A stretch of 64,000 bases of DNA from positions 46,688,001 to 46,752,000 of the forward strand of contig CM052817.1 in assembly GCA_028534125.1 (NCBI GenBank), given 5' to 3'. Under the pieces are notes generated by a model. The model was not told the DNA's origin. It saw nothing but the letters and a program-made list of their open reading frames with translations, and did not search any database. Source of the DNA: Lama glama. Taxonomy: Eukaryota. This document shows positions 1 to 13,149 of the stretch, piece by piece. Position 1 is the stretch's first letter; each line of letters starts with the position of its first letter. The position numbers and the translations under genes were made by a program.

Positions 1-823
1 GATCTTTTAAATATTTTACCCTTACTCCAGTGATACATAGTCATTTTCAATTCTAAGCACTGTTTTTTTCCCCTAAGCATTCACCTGTGCTTGAATGAGG
101 GCCACCAAGGGCTGTTACTGTAATATCTATGGTCCTGGATTTCTCCTCTTAGGGCCTGAAACTACCTTGCCATGCATGCAGTAGAAACTCAATAAATATT
201 TGATAAGTGAATGAAAGAGTGGTAAACAAATAAATCACTGCAGCAACTACCAGATGAAGCCTTCTCAAATGTAAGAAGGTTTCTACTCATTATTGTCATT
301 TTCCTTCAGATGTTATTAATTTGAAGCTGTTCAAATGACCAAATAATGCACAAAATAGAAAACCTTACTCTGTCTCCTCTCCTGACTCCATCTCAATTCT
401 GACCTCCACACAAAGTTATGGGAATAAAAGAAAAGGGGAAGTTATCTTGCTCACACATTAGTTACATGATTTTTTAAAAGCTGATCTAGTCCCTAGTCCC
501 TTCTCTGACTCTCCAGAATGAGGCTGCACATTCCTCCTACTCTCTGTTCTAGCTTCACGTGATCTATGTTGTGTTTGTAAAGCACTAGGCTTTTCCAGAC
601 CTCTCTGACTTTGCTCAAGCTATTCTTCCTGCCTGGAATCTTCCTCTGAGGAACACTGAGGCTGAGGAATGAGATGAAGCTCTAGACTGAGGTGAGAAAT
701 GGAATGGAGGTTGTCACCACATTTCAAACAAATCACATAGAACCAGGGAGCCAAGCTTTGCAAATATATATGCAGCTCACCTAAGGCATCATTCTAGGCA
801 ACACATTCAAAATAGAAATGAAA

Positions 824-1433
824 TCTCAACTCTAATTCAAAAAGATACATGCACCCAATATTCGTAGCAGCATATATACAATATCTAAGACATGGAAACA
901 ACATAAATGTCCACCAACAAATGACTGGATAAAGATGTTGTGGTGTTTATATACAATGGAATATTACCCAATCATAAAAAAGAATAAAATAATGCCATTT
1001 GCAGCAACATGGATGGACCTGGAGATTGTCGTTCTAAGTGACGTAAGCCACAGCTAGAAAGAAAAATACCATATGATATCACCTATATGTGGAATCTAAA
1101 AAAAAAAAACCTCAAATGAACTTATTTATACAACAGAAACAGACTCACAGAGATAGAAAACAAACATGGTTACTACAGAAGAAAGAGGTAGGAAGGGATA
1201 AATTGGAAATTCAGTATTTGCAGATACTACCTACTATACATAAAATAGATAAACAACAATTTTATACTATATAGCATAGGGGAGTATATGCACTATCTTG
1301 CAGTAACCTGTGGTAAAAAAAGATATGAAAACAAATATATGTATGTATATGTATGACTGAAACATTATGCTGTACACCAGAAATTGACACAACACTAACC
1401 TGACTATACTTTAATTGAAAAAAACATAAAAAA
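824..1433 (+). mobile_element. 5'-truncated L1 (ORF2 end plus 3' UTR and A-tail) in AFM intron 7
   Basis: AAAAGATACATGCACCC...GCAGCAACATGGATGGACCTGGAG L1 3' motifs; A-rich tail; AGAAATGAA repeated on both flanks (possible TSD). Confidence 0.9.
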
Positions 1434-2481
1434 GAAATGAATTATCTCTTATTGTCTGAAAATTCATTTCTATTTTGAATGAATGACAATACAATTCCAC
1501 TTGTTTTTCCATAAAGGCATCAAATAAAAGGATATTAAGAATATAATATGATTTCTTAGTCTCAGCTCCAAACTTCATAGAAAAATTCTCAATTGTAGCC
1601 TACTTCAGTACATTATACTTAATATTATAAAGCAACATCCTCATAAACAATTAACCAGCACAAAATAATAGTGATTGAGATTGCTTTTCATTGGAAAACA
1701 GTTAAGGACAAAATAATTCTTGGGGACAACTATTGTCAACTACTTGAAATAAAATGTACATATCTCCATATTCTAAAATTCAAGTTATCTAATTAACATA
1801 ATTAACATGCTGTTTCACTGTGAATTAGAAACAGTATAGTGAATTAAAAGTCTCTAAGAAAAAAATCTAATTTCATTAGAATTATTAAAATTATTGAAAT
1901 TCATTAGAAATTAATGAAATTGTATTACCTTTGCGTGCATGAACAACTTCAGCTAGGTCAACAATATATCTACTAGTATATGCCCTTTAGAGACTAGATT
2001 AAGAGTTATTTTAATTGAACATATCCACTTATTTGGAAAGATGGTTCCTAAGTAGCTTGAAGAAACTCAGGGAAAGCAGCTCTTAAAAACATAATAACAA
2101 ATCATTTTCTGACCTTTACTGTTAAATTTCCAATATCTCTAAAAGAGAATTTGCAATATTAAAGGAAACTTTAGTTTGGCCTAGATGAATGCTCACAAAT
2201 TCTAAATTTCTGGAGTTTGTGTTATGCACACTTAGCCATATAAGATAAAATCTTCTGAGTCATCTAAAAATAACCCCATGTATAAAAAACTCCAAAGTTT
2301 TAATGGGGCTTATTTGTTAGCATTTTATTTTTTATTTTGTTTATTTTATGTTATTATTGAACAATTTATTCACATTCTGATTTTACTGTGGTAAAATAAG
2401 TAGTCACATGTTAGGGCAACTTCAGAGTTTAAAAATGGCTGTCCCAAATCACTATTTTACTTGGTTTTATAGAATATTTAC

Positions 2482-2611
2482 CCTGCCGTGAATGCACTCC
2501 ACAACATCGCCTTCACAGCATCCATCATATTTGGAAGAAACATCTTTGAGGAGGGAGGTTAGTTCCTTAAATTCAATCTTGGGGAATTTTTGACTAAGTA
2601 CAGCAGTGTTT
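2482..2611 (-). CDS. AFM: AFM exon 7
   Basis: 130 nt; NTAVLSQKFPKIEFKELTSLLKDVSSKYDGCCEGDVVECIHGR. Confidence 0.95.
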
Positions 2612-5600
2612 CTGGAAAGAGAATCAGTAAACCACGGAAACAACTTGAACAGCAAATAAGGCAAGAGGGAGTTCTTTGCTGTTGCAGTGTAAATAGTGCA
2701 GCAGGCATTGGTACCCTTGCTTTTTCACCGACGGCTTTACCAAATAGTGGTTTATCTATTTCACAGCCCACATGATCGTTTTGAAAATCCTAGGCTGATA
2801 TTTTGAGTCCTGGATAAGGACTGGAAAAAAAAAAAAAGGCCTGAGAAATGTGTCCTTTTGCATAATTTTTATAGCGTCATTTCTTGCTGTGAGCCCATGG
2901 CAGGCATAGATAATCCATCACAGAAACCTTTCCTTCTGATCTATTTGAAATCTCAGAATTTTCCACAGGACATTGCACTAGCACCATTACTAATGGATTA
3001 GGGTGAGCCTTTGAGACAAAATTTATCCCTGAAGGTTGTCTCCTAGTCATTAAAATCAAAATGGATGGTAAGTCATGTATAAAGCATGTGGAGGTTTTAA
3101 AACCATAGTTAGGAACTCCCAGATCCATTCAGATTCCCAGCTAACCAAAAATATCTCAGAAGTAACCCTCTTTCTCTCTGGGTTCTCCCCACCTTCCAGG
3201 TCTTTTCTCATCCTGACATAATGTCCTGGTTCTGAGCAATCCACGCAGACTGAGACCCACCTCAAAACCCCTGGGGAACTAGAAAGAGTATAAATAAAAA
3301 TTCATCAGTGATGTAACAAAAATGGGACACACACAAGAAAATAAAAGTAGAGTCAAGACACATATTATAAAACTCACATAGATTGTAAGATTTGTGGTCC
3401 AAATTTCATAAGGGCCCCACAGACATTTTTTTGATAAGAAGACAATGCTTTTAAATATTGTATGAAATGTTCTGCCTGAAGGATAAAGAAAAAATTTTGT
3501 TGAAGCAACAGCAAAAATCCCACTATTCTTTATTTCTTAACTAAATGCCAACCAAACAATTTCAAAGTTTGTTCAGAAACAGAAAGTCCAAGAGATTTTT
3601 ATCTTAGGAAATGTATATATCAAAGGAAGTATAAATTTGCACCACATTAAAAAGGTGGAGCCAGTCTTCTAATGACTCAGCTGCACTTGGTGGGAAGATG
3701 AGTGGGGTAGTGCGCTGTGAGCTTGTCCATCTCTACCGGGATGATTAAATGTTGTGGGTGGCCAAAAGAGGACTCGTCCAGGATAGAGGATACAATGTCA
3801 TTCTTACCCTGGTTATTTACTTACTAGGACTTCCTTTCAATTTACAAGGAAGACAAAGCCAGAAGAGAGACCCTGGAAATGAGCGATTGTCTTTCAAATG
3901 TCTCAGGTAATAAGAAATTTAAATCAGTAGCATGTGGTCAATGGGCTGAAAAACCAGTGAAATTGGCAAGAGAATGGTGGATAAATGGTAAACAACTCTT
4001 TTGCTATAATTTAATTTTAAGGAGAAATCTACAGTTTTGGAGTGACTCCCTCTTTTAATGAAATAAATATGCTACTCACCTTTGTTCGAAAGCAGTAAGC
4101 TTTTTCTTGTTCTTCGCAACAGGTTTTAGTCATCTCCTCAAAACGAGCAGCAACGGTTAGAAGTGTAGGGGCAAAAACAAAGGGGTTCCTTCTGGAAATT
4201 TCATAGATATAACTATAAAAGAAAAATGGGGAAGAAAGAGGGAAAGGGGAAAAACAGGGAAAATGAAGGCATGGTAGACAAGGGAAGGGAAAAATGAACG
4301 AATTGTGATCAACGAAACCAGCTATGTTCCTTTGGTATAGATATTGGATTTAGCCTAAGATAAATTCTTCAGTTAGATCATTTTTCTACTAACATTAAAC
4401 TTACTTATTTAGAAAAGATTCTCTGTTATTTTTAAAAGTCTGGCATTTCTCTTCAGGATCCAGAGTAGGGAGAGGAGGCAGAAATCCCACGTCAGCCTTC
4501 TTGTTATGGAGGAAACAGAGTTTTCTTTCTACGTCAATCTTACGGCAACAGTGTAAAAAGTTATGCTTTTGTGGAAGCCCCTCCATAGCACATATATTTT
4601 CCAGTAAAACATCATTCTGGACAACAGAAAAGTAAAAGACACTTTTTATTCATTGTAAAGTTTTTCAAGCTTCTGAGATGACAACAAGGGAGAAAACGGG
4701 TGGTATGTCACCCTTCGGGGAAGAGATTCCAATTTTCCCAATATGACCAGCAGAGCATTTTGACCCATACCTTGATAACCATCCCACATTTGGGGGCCCT
4801 TTCTCTAACCTAACCTGAGGCCCTTTAACCTCTTCCTATTTCTTTACTGATTACGTTTCCTTTACACAATGACTTTTTTCTTACTCTTGCAAAGTGTCAA
4901 GGACAGAATATAATGTGTTGGTAAAGTATTAAGTAGTCATTTTTAGTAAGAGTTTTCTAAAGATTCAGATGGTGACTCTGTTGGGGGGAAGGCAACAAAA
5001 GGGGCTGTGACAGTAGAGCACATATTGAGAGAGGCAGGGGGGAGGGTACCGCTGTACCTCTGCGGGTTTTGTCAGGCTGTTGGCTGCCTTCCTGCCTGTG
5101 TACACATGGCATGGACTGCAAGCTCATAGCCAAGTCCTCCTGGGCATCATAACACAGAATTGCATCCCTCCTGGGAAGTGCCTTATCCTAAATTCTGCAA
5201 TCGGGCAAAATAAAAACAGGAGCGCAGAGCATCTCTCTTTTTATATTTCCGAGCCAAAAATTCTCTCAGTGTTGACAAATAAGCTTGTTTGTTTAAGAAA
5301 TGCAAACGATTTACTTACAGCTAATTTTGAACACTCTGGGAGTGTCCTGTCAGCCAAGCATTTATCTCTGTATTCTGTCATGGCTTTCGCCAACATTTCT
5401 ACTTCTTCAAAGGATGCCTCCTGAATATATTGAGCAAATGCAATGATGGTGCTGCAATAGTCCACACAGATTACACAATGATGACCTGCAGAATGTCCAT
5501 GTATGTCCAACAAAAACTCATAGGAACACTCTAACTTGCTAACTAACCTCAGGAAATTATCAAAGTGTGAAGGCTGTAAGTTTTACAATTTCCTGACAAT

Positions 5601-8023
5601 TCAATTGCCTTATCCAAATTTTATGATTAATACTATATTTACTTTTTGATATAATTTATATTTAAATTACTTTTGAGAAGCATTAACGTTTCTGGAAGAT
5701 ATCAGATGAGATTATGATAAACAACATCATCATCAAAATGAGTTTAGAGAAACTCACATATATCCAACATTCTCCTCTATAAATTTTTTGGTGACACTGA
5801 CATCATCTGAAAAGCAAAGAAATTTACATTACTATATATCCTGATATTTTAACATTTTCCCAATAAATGACAGTATGTGATGTCTAAATTTATAAGGTAG
5901 AAAATAAAATCTGATGGTAGAAAATAATTTGGCATGTATAACGTGAAGTAAAGAAGTCATATGAATGAAGTATTAGGTCTTATGTGTTGATATTAGTTGA
6001 TTATGTGCTCAAAAAATATTAAGTTGATGGATTTGAATTAATCTCAAACTCATCAGATTTGCTACTGATGGCTCCCCAGCCACAAATGTCAAACACAAGC
6101 ACCATCTCCATGCTATGTACCAGGTATGACTAGAGAAGTATTATGAAGGTGCATTGTTATGTGGTATAATGCTACAGCAGTGTCTGACAAGAGATGATGC
6201 CGCAGCACGCTGGTGGTCAGTAAAGTTTATAATGTTAGCCAGACAGACATTTAGGCAACCTCTGGACTAGTCTAAAATCATTGATTCCCTCCCAGAGAGC
6301 ATATACTAATCAGAGCACATTTACATGTGTTCACATAGACTACTTTCATGGAGTCCTTAGTTTTGCAAAGTATTACGCTGGATACTATGGGCAATCAGTG
6401 ATGACTAAAATATCTTCCCTGGACCTCAGGGGGTTCCTCAGTATTCTTACAGTGCATTTGACTCAGGAACATGACTATAAGCCAGTGTAGAATGTATATG
6501 ACATTCTAAATGCCAGGAATGCTTTATGATCTCTGAGTGAGGAACCGAGAAAGGATTATAGGAGGAGGGGCATATGAATGGAGTTTGAAAAAATGTGCAG
6601 GATTTCAGCTAGCTGAGGAATAAGGAGTCTCATGTTTCTGTGTGGAGAGAATGGTGTAAGTAAAAACACAAAAGTAAGAAATCACGCGATTGATGAGAAA
6701 GTGGGTCGTAAAGAGTAATAACAGAACCTAAGGTAGAAAGAACCTGCATTCAGATTATGGGGGTCTTTCATCTAAAGCTGAGTAATTTAGGCTCCAACTG
6801 GAAGCCATGAAGAGCCACTGAAAGAGTTTATACAGAATAGTAATATCACCATTTCTGTATGCTAAGAAGCATCAGCTAGGTAGTGGTATGTCTGATATGC
6901 TGGGGTCTTCCACAGTGCCTGACAAATAGAAAGTGACAAGAACTATTTGTCAAATACATGGATGGAAGAATGAATGGGTGAGTGGACAAAAGCAAGAAGC
7001 CCACTAGGAGAATTCTGCAACTATTCTATTGAGAAATCGGCAGGATATGTATTTTGGTAGGAATAATGGAAATGCAAAGGAAAATGCAGATGCAAAAGAT
7101 ATTAGAGACAAAAATCAACAAGATGTTTTTTACTAAGTTGTTGCAAGGGGCCCAGGAGAAGGAATACTCAGGAATGACCACCTTCTTCAATACTGTGACT
7201 GGGCTCACTAACAGGCATGGTTGGGAAGGGGGGGTGTGGTGTGTGTTCCAAGTTAATGTCTTAACTGTCTGGACACAGTCCAGATCTTCAAGGTCACTGC
7301 AATACTTATAGCACCTTTGTTCACGTTATAAAAAGGTATTCCTTTCAGACCAGAGGGATTACAAAAAGACACCTCTGAATAGATGAAGTTCAAAATGTTC
7401 CCCATTTTGGAAGAAGAAATGTAACAGTCCCCATGTCCTCCAGGCTGACGCTGCCTCGGCCAGGCTTGGGGGGGGGGGCACAGGCTTGGGGACATTTACA
7501 CACTACACAGCTGGAAGAAGCAGAGTGCTGCATACTGTGAAGGTGTTCACCATCTAGTCAGGACATTCATCAGACAGCCAAAGGTTCCAGAAAAATCCCA
7601 GCTCATACCTAATGTTTCTCTGTTACCATACACTGTACACATTTGCAAGAAATGCCAACAATTTCAAATCTGACTTATATCTCCCAGTAACACTGCCGTG
7701 AGGCTGGTGACCATTTGCTGGGTGTCATAACTGCCTCTGTCTATAGACAGGGTAACCTGACCACCAAAACACAAAATCTGGGAAGGTTAGTTCAGGATAT
7801 CTGATCATTATATATAAACTAGGGAAAGGGAAGAAAAAGCAAGTAAAAACTTAAATTAAAAGAAAACAAGGTTGAAAAAATAGAAATTATCCCAACTTAG
7901 TCATTTCTTAGCTGACATACAAGTAAATTTCTTACCTACATCTTGAGGCTTTGTGGGCAGAGTTAGGGATTCAGTCAAAAAGAAAAAGAAAATAACAAAA
8001 CCTGTAAGTTTTAACTGTTTCAT
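2482..8023 (-). CDS. AFM: Afamin (alpha-albumin), 5' part, coding exons 1-7; gene continues below position 1
   Basis: Spliced exons 7936-8023, 5758-5806, 5319-5451, 4405-4616, 4080-4212, 3378-3475, 2482-2611 (88/49/133/212/133/98/130 nt, all GT-AG) give an open frame MKQLKLTGFVIFFFFLTESLTLPTKPQDVDDVSVTKKFIEENVGYITIIAFAQYIQEASFEEVEMLAK...FPKIEFKELTSLLKDVSSKYDGCCEGDVVECIHGR. Confidence 0.96.
3378..3475 (-). CDS. AFM: AFM exon 6
   Basis: 98 nt; AEHFIQYLKALSSYQKNVCGALMKFGPQILQS. Confidence 0.94.
4080..4212 (-). CDS. AFM: AFM exon 5
   Basis: 133 nt; YIYEISRRNPFVFAPTLLTVAARFEEMTKTCCEEQEKAYCFRTK. Confidence 0.95.
4405..4616 (-). CDS. AFM: AFM exon 4
   Basis: 212 nt; NDVLLENICAMEGLPQKHNFLHCCRKIDVERKLCFLHNKK...RESFLN. 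Confidence 0.95.
5319..5451 (-). CDS. AFM: AFM exon 3
   Basis: 133 nt; TIIAFAQYIQEASFEEVEMLAKAMTEYRDKCLADRTLPECSKLA. Confidence 0.95.
5758..5806 (-). CDS. AFM: AFM exon 2
   Basis: 49 nt, CAG/GTGAG; DDVSVTKKFIEENVGYI. Confidence 0.93.
6300..7210 (-). mobile_element. Degraded L2 fragments in AFM intron 1 (boundaries approximate)
   Basis: L2-like motifs GAGCCACTGAAAGAGTTTA, TTTCAGCTAGCTGAG, GGAATGACC. Confidence 0.5.
7936..8023 (-). CDS. AFM: AFM exon 1 coding part (signal peptide)
   Basis: ATG at 8021-8023; MKQLKLTGFVIFFFFLTESLTLPTKPQDV; donor GTAAG. Confidence 0.95.
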
Positions 8024-8081
8024 TTTTTTTTTTAGATAACACATTCACAAAAGAAAGTAATGTAACTGAGGAAAATCAAGT

Positions 8082-8198
8082 TTTTATATTATTCTTTGAC
8101 ACTATTAGTAAAAAAGTAACTTGTTTAACCTATTTCTCATATACCTCATATTTGATTTTTATTTGATCACACTGCAGAATTTTTTGCTAATTATTAAC
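8082..8198 (-). promoter_or_regulatory. AFM promoter: TATA box and two HNF1-like sites
   Basis: TATAAAA on minus strand at 8082-8088; weak HNF1-like GTAAAAAAGTAAC 8108-8120; strong HNF1-like GCTAATTATTAAC 8186-8198; spacing parallels the AFP promoter. Confidence 0.75.
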
Positions 8199-8319
8199 TA
8201 GGAAGAAATTATCTCTGTGTTTCACTGGAAAAATCTATTGAGTTAGAAAAAAAAAGTCCACAGGTCAAGTATGCACAATACCTAATCAAATAGACAACTT
8301 TAAAAAAAAAATCTTGAAA

Positions 8320-9250
8320 TATTACAAGTGCTAAAAGAAGAAAGGGCTAGAATAAATAATTCACCAAAGAGGAAACATAACTAGAAAGATGCTAAACTTC
8401 ACTGGTAATCAAAGGAAGTTAAATTTAAAATATATAATTTTTATATATCTACTAGAAATATAAAAAAGAAAAAAATTAAGATCTAATTCTGATAAACATA
8501 TAGCAAAACAAGTACCCATAAAATCAAAACTTTTGGAAAACAAGTTTATGATAAGGATTGATAGTCTTAAAAATATTCATGTTATTTCAACCAATCACTC
8601 AAATTCTGGGAATTTATACTAAGAACATTATTGTAAATATGGAAATACTTTTTAGTATATGATAAAAAAAAATCTATTTCTTAGTTATGTCCACTAGAAG
8701 GGCCTGAAAGTAATAGCAACCAGGTAGTTATTTAGCACTCTTGAAGCACACCTCTTAGGTTTAAAACACTTTTCTCTACCGTAAGAATCCTGGGCTTCTT
8801 AGAGAAATGGATAATCCCAGGGCTGGGCCATGAAAAGTATAAAATGAGCAGAGAACATGCCAGAAACTAAGGGGACATGTCATGATGGGGACATGTCAAA
8901 GAAGACAGAAACCAATGGGACAATTTGATAATGAGACAATAAAATATTGATAGGAATGCATTATAACCTATTAAATTTGTGGGAAAAAAGAATTCATGAA
9001 TCTATACCAATATAAAATCAAATCAAAAGTTGAGGAAGGGAAACTCTTAACATCTATATAAGAACGTTAACTAACAAATGTTAATACTCTTTTGTAACTC
9101 TCATAGTAACAACTGATTTAAACCAGATTCACGAATGGATGCTGAGGTCACTGGTGAGAAACTATCAGGCAATAGCATATTTACAGTTTCAAGTGTCACT
9201 CCATAGATTACTTATTAATTGCAAAGGGGAAAAGACATCTTTACATATAG
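8320..9250 (+). mobile_element. Old L1 (L1MC/L1ME-type) 3' region upstream of AFM
   Basis: CTATTTCTTAGTTATGTCCACTAGAAGGGCCTG and GGGCTTCTTAGAGAAATGG motifs shared with the old L1 at 45.8-46.2 kb. Confidence 0.6.
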
Positions 9251-10381
9251 ATAAGTAAACAGCAGTATAGTCAGGCTATACATTAGTATTTGTCTTTTTA
9301 TAACTAATGAAGAAAAAGTATATACAGTAACAGGAAGAAGTAGTTCTACATCATATTTCGAGAAAGAGCAGAATCTAAAATTTTATATATTATATACAGA
9401 AAATGGTAGGCTGAACAGACCTATTAAACTAAAACAAAGGAAGAGAGAAGAGGCGGGGAGAGATTGAGAGCGGGAAACAGAGGAGGTGGGGAGAGAGAGA
9501 AGTAGAGGCAGAGACATTGATTCTGTCCCCATACTGAGAATTATGCAGCTGGTTTGGTCAGTATATTTGGTGGCAACTAGTGAACGTTACTGATCCTGGT
9601 GACCTCTAATTGGCCTTTTGTAAAGGTATAAATCCTGCTTCTAGGTGTATTCAGCTATTAGATCAATTTGCTTCTTTATTTTCTTCCCAGATATGTTACT
9701 TATTATTTCTGATTACTGGTTCATGCCTGGCAGTTGTGAGAAGACAGCTCCAATGTATCTGCTCCACAAATCTAACCCTCCCTATCACTGTAAGAATGTG
9801 ATTTTTTTAATGACAATATGAAATGAAATAGCAGTCTGTGTCTAGTTAAAAGGTTAATGTACTTAAACTACTTTTCTTTCTGGTCATTTGAATTTGCCTG
9901 GAATTATCTAACTGCTAACTCCTTCATCAGTGGGTAATACATTTTGACACTCAGATAAATAAGCCTAAGAAGTTTTGCTTCAAAAATAGAGACACATGCA
10001 TATACATAAAGACACTGGGGGGTGGGGGGAGAGCAAACCAGCAGTACACTCAGACTCTTGAGAAAATCCTGGAAATTAAAATAGATGGGATCAAGTTGAT
10101 TGGGTAATAAATAAGAAGGAACTTCAGCTCAAAATATGGAAGATAAGGTCAACCCTTCCCACGGCATTTCAGAGAAGCTCTAAGTCTAAGGACTATGAAG
10201 AACAGACACAGGCTATAGGGAAGGAATCAAGAGAACAAGCCAAAACGCTACGTTCAGAACAGCTGAATTAGAGGACTCCGCTCCCTCCTCCCTTTCTCTA
10301 CCAGCACACCCAGGTATGCAGCATACTCGGGTCACAGTCGTTGGGATCTCTTACCTCTGGGTCAAAATCTGAAAATGACTC

Positions 10382-10725
10382 TTTCTTAGTTTGGGTTGCC
10401 CCCAAAGCAGACTTCCAGACAAAGACGTGTTGTTTATTTGGAAGGTGATTTGAGGATGCAGAAGGGAGGAAATGAGACCAAGGAGGGAGAAACGCTAATA
10501 AAGCAGGTGTGACTGAGAAGAGTGATGGTGTAGACACCTGGGTGCAAGCCTCCTGGGAGCTGTCTGAGAAGTGGAAGATTTCCTGGAATTGTCCTGGCAG
10601 AGACTGGGAAGGTGGGGCATTTATCCACTGACTGAGGTATACACGAGTGAGAAGAATAATCACAAGAACCCCAAGGAGAAAATAAGCTACTGAAGTGAGG
10701 GGTTGCACAAAGCAGCACCACCAGA
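10382..10725. mobile_element. ERVL-type solo LTR (LTR16-like)
   Basis: Starts TCTTAGTTTGGGTTGCCCCAAAGCAGAC...TTTATTTGGAAGGTGAT, typical of the LTR16 family (recalled consensus). Confidence 0.6.
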
Positions 10726-10739
10726 TGATAAAATGCATT

Positions 10740-11860
10740 CTAAAACAGCATAATCATTAAAACAGTGTGGTACTGGAAGTCAAGAGAGAGACATACACAA
10801 CAAATTAAAAATCTAAAATTAGATTCAAATGCCTCTCCATGCACTAGGATAGTTCCAAATAGATCAGAGGTCCAAATGTAAAAAGGAGGAAAAAACGGTA
10901 AATGTACTAGAAGAAACACAAGTGAACTGGGAAAAATTTTCCTATGACACAAAATTCAGAAGCAGTAATAAATTCAACTACATAAAACATTTTAAGACTG
11001 TACATGGAAAAGTGCTGTAGGCAAAGTCAAAAACTCAGAGGAAAAACCGAGGAAACGTAGCTGCAATCTATATCAGAATATACAAAGAGGTCCTGGAAAT
11101 CTGAAGGGGAAAAAAAGACCAAGGATTTGATAGAAAAATAGTAAAAATGATATAAGGAGAGAGCACACAAAAAGAAAAAAGTAATTTAAGGAACTTAAAC
11201 ACAAAAAAGATGCTCATCATAAGAGAAATGCATATTTAAACAACACCACAGCACCACTTCTCACCTACCTGATTGGCAAAAAATTAAGTTTGACAACATA
11301 CTTTGTGGATAAAACTGCAGGAAAATAGTCCTCTCATCCACTGCTGGTGGGAATGCAAAATGGTGGTGCAGTATCTATGGAAGAGAATTTGACAAAATCT
11401 AAAAAAAATTAAGCATTTGTCTTTTGAGACAAGAAATTTCTAATAGATACCTATGCCAAAAATATACTACTAATATTACTAAATGACTAAAGCACTAGGT
11501 TATTCTTTGTGGCATTATTTGCAATAGCAAAAGATTGGAAATTGAATCCAAATATCCATCAATAGAAGGTCAATTATAAACTATAGCAGAGCCACACAAA
11601 GAAATTCTGTGAAGCTGTTAAAAAAAAAATAAAGGAAAAAACTTATGCCTAATATGGAGTGATCGCCAAGATTATGTTTTTAAGTGAAAAAGTTATAAAA
11701 CAATATAACATAATATGTAATCACTTGTGTAATATAGATAAAATGGTGCAGTGGGAATGTATTTATATATATATTTGCTTAAATGTTAAAAAATAAGAGA
11801 ATGGATAAACCAAGAACTGAGAAAAGTCATCTGTAGAAGAAAGGGAGAACGGGGTAGAGG
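10740..11860 (+). mobile_element. Old L1 (L1M-type) ORF2/3' fragment
   Basis: AAAACAGTGTGGTACTGG, GAGAAATGCATATTTAAACAAC, CACTGCTGGTGGGAATGCAAAATGG L1 ORF2 motifs. Confidence 0.75.
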
Positions 11861-11864
11861 GAAT

Positions 11865-12050
11865 TGTGCCTGAGTCAGCTCAGGCTGCCGTAACAAGATG
11901 CCACTAAGTGGGGGACTCATCAACAGCAGAAACTGACTTCCCCTAGTTCTGGAGGCTGGCAGTCTGAGTCAGGGCACCAGCTCTGGTGAGAGCTCTCTTC
12001 TGGGTTGCAGATTGCCAGCTTCTAGTTGTATCCTCACATGGCAGAAAGAC
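11865..12050 (-). mobile_element. MaLR LTR fragment (MLT1A/B-like)
   Basis: GTCAGCTCAGGCTGCCGTAACAAGATGCCAC...AGTTCTGGAGGCTGG...TCCTCACATGGCAGAAAG. Confidence 0.75.
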
Positions 12051-12900
12051 GGTATCAGTGTAATGCTGGCCTCATAGAACAAATTGGAAGGTATTTCCTT
12101 CTCTTTAATTTTTTGGAAGAGTTTGTGTAGAATTAGCATTATTTCTTCCTTAAATGTTTAGTAGAATTTAACAGTGAAGCCTGGGGTTTTCTTTAAGGGA
12201 ATGAGCTTAACTAAATTTTCCATTCCTTTAATAGGTATAGGAATAATCAGATTTTTTTTTCTTAAATGAACTTTGGTAGTGTGTATCTTTCAAGGCATTT
12301 GTCCATTTTATCTAAGTTGTCAAATATATTGGCAAAATATTTTTTAAAATATTCCCTTATTTTTTTGATATCTAAGGTGATGTCATCTCTCTCATTCCTG
12401 ATACCAGTAATTTGGTTTTTTTCTCTTGTTTTTCTTCTGAAAAATCCATCTAGAGGTTTATCAGTAGTAATGATCTCAAAGAACCAGCATTTGGTTTCAT
12501 TGATTTTTGTCTGCTTTTTCATTTTCTATTTTTTTTTTATTTCTACTAGTTCCTTTCTTTGGCTTGCTTTGTTTTAATTCATACTTCTTTTCCTAGTTTG
12601 TTAAGGTGGAATCTGAGTTCATTGGTTTGAGAGCTTTCTTCTTTTCTAAGTTAACTGAGGATAACAGCATGCTATAAATTACAAAATAGAGTGCCTTTGG
12701 TGCTATAAATTTTCCTTAAATACCGTTTTAATGGTATCCCACAAATTCTGATATACTGTGTTTTCATTTTCATTCAATTTAAAATATTTTTAAATACCCT
12801 TTTTATTTTTCCTTCGGTTTGGGAGTTCAGTAGAAGTATGTTATTTAGTTTATGAACATTTGGGGATTTCCAAGTATCCTACTGTCATATATTACCAGCT
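12051..12900 (-). mobile_element. L1 ORF2 internal fragment
   Basis: ORF 12262-12522 KINETKCWFFE...KNQITGIRNERDDIT...NLDKMDKCLERYTLPK resembles L1 ORF2p. Confidence 0.9.
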
Positions 12901-13149
12901 TAATTCCTTATAATCAAGCAATTCTCTGTAATCTCCCTTAACTCTTTAAAAAGTGGCGTCACTGGGAGGAGACAAATTCCTTATATGGTAATCCTCCTGG
13001 CCTGGTGCATGCAGTAGGGCATGGCAAGGGAGAGAGACTAGAAGAGTCATTTTTAAGAGTGTCTGAACTATACCCACCTATTTTCAACAGTTTGTCACCC
13101 AGCAAGAGTTTAGTCCTATCCTAATATTATCCTGTAGACACCAGGCAAT

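Noticed and set aside
5080..5424. Plus-strand ORFs antisense to exons (also 34219-34548, 50618-50866, 51985-52298, 60802-61218)
   Set aside because: Shadow ORFs of the real minus-strand exons with no independent support.
7461..7491. G-run flanked by a CAGGCTTGGGG direct repeat in AFM intron 1 (possible G-quadruplex)
   Set aside because: Short homopolymer/microduplication with nothing supporting a function.
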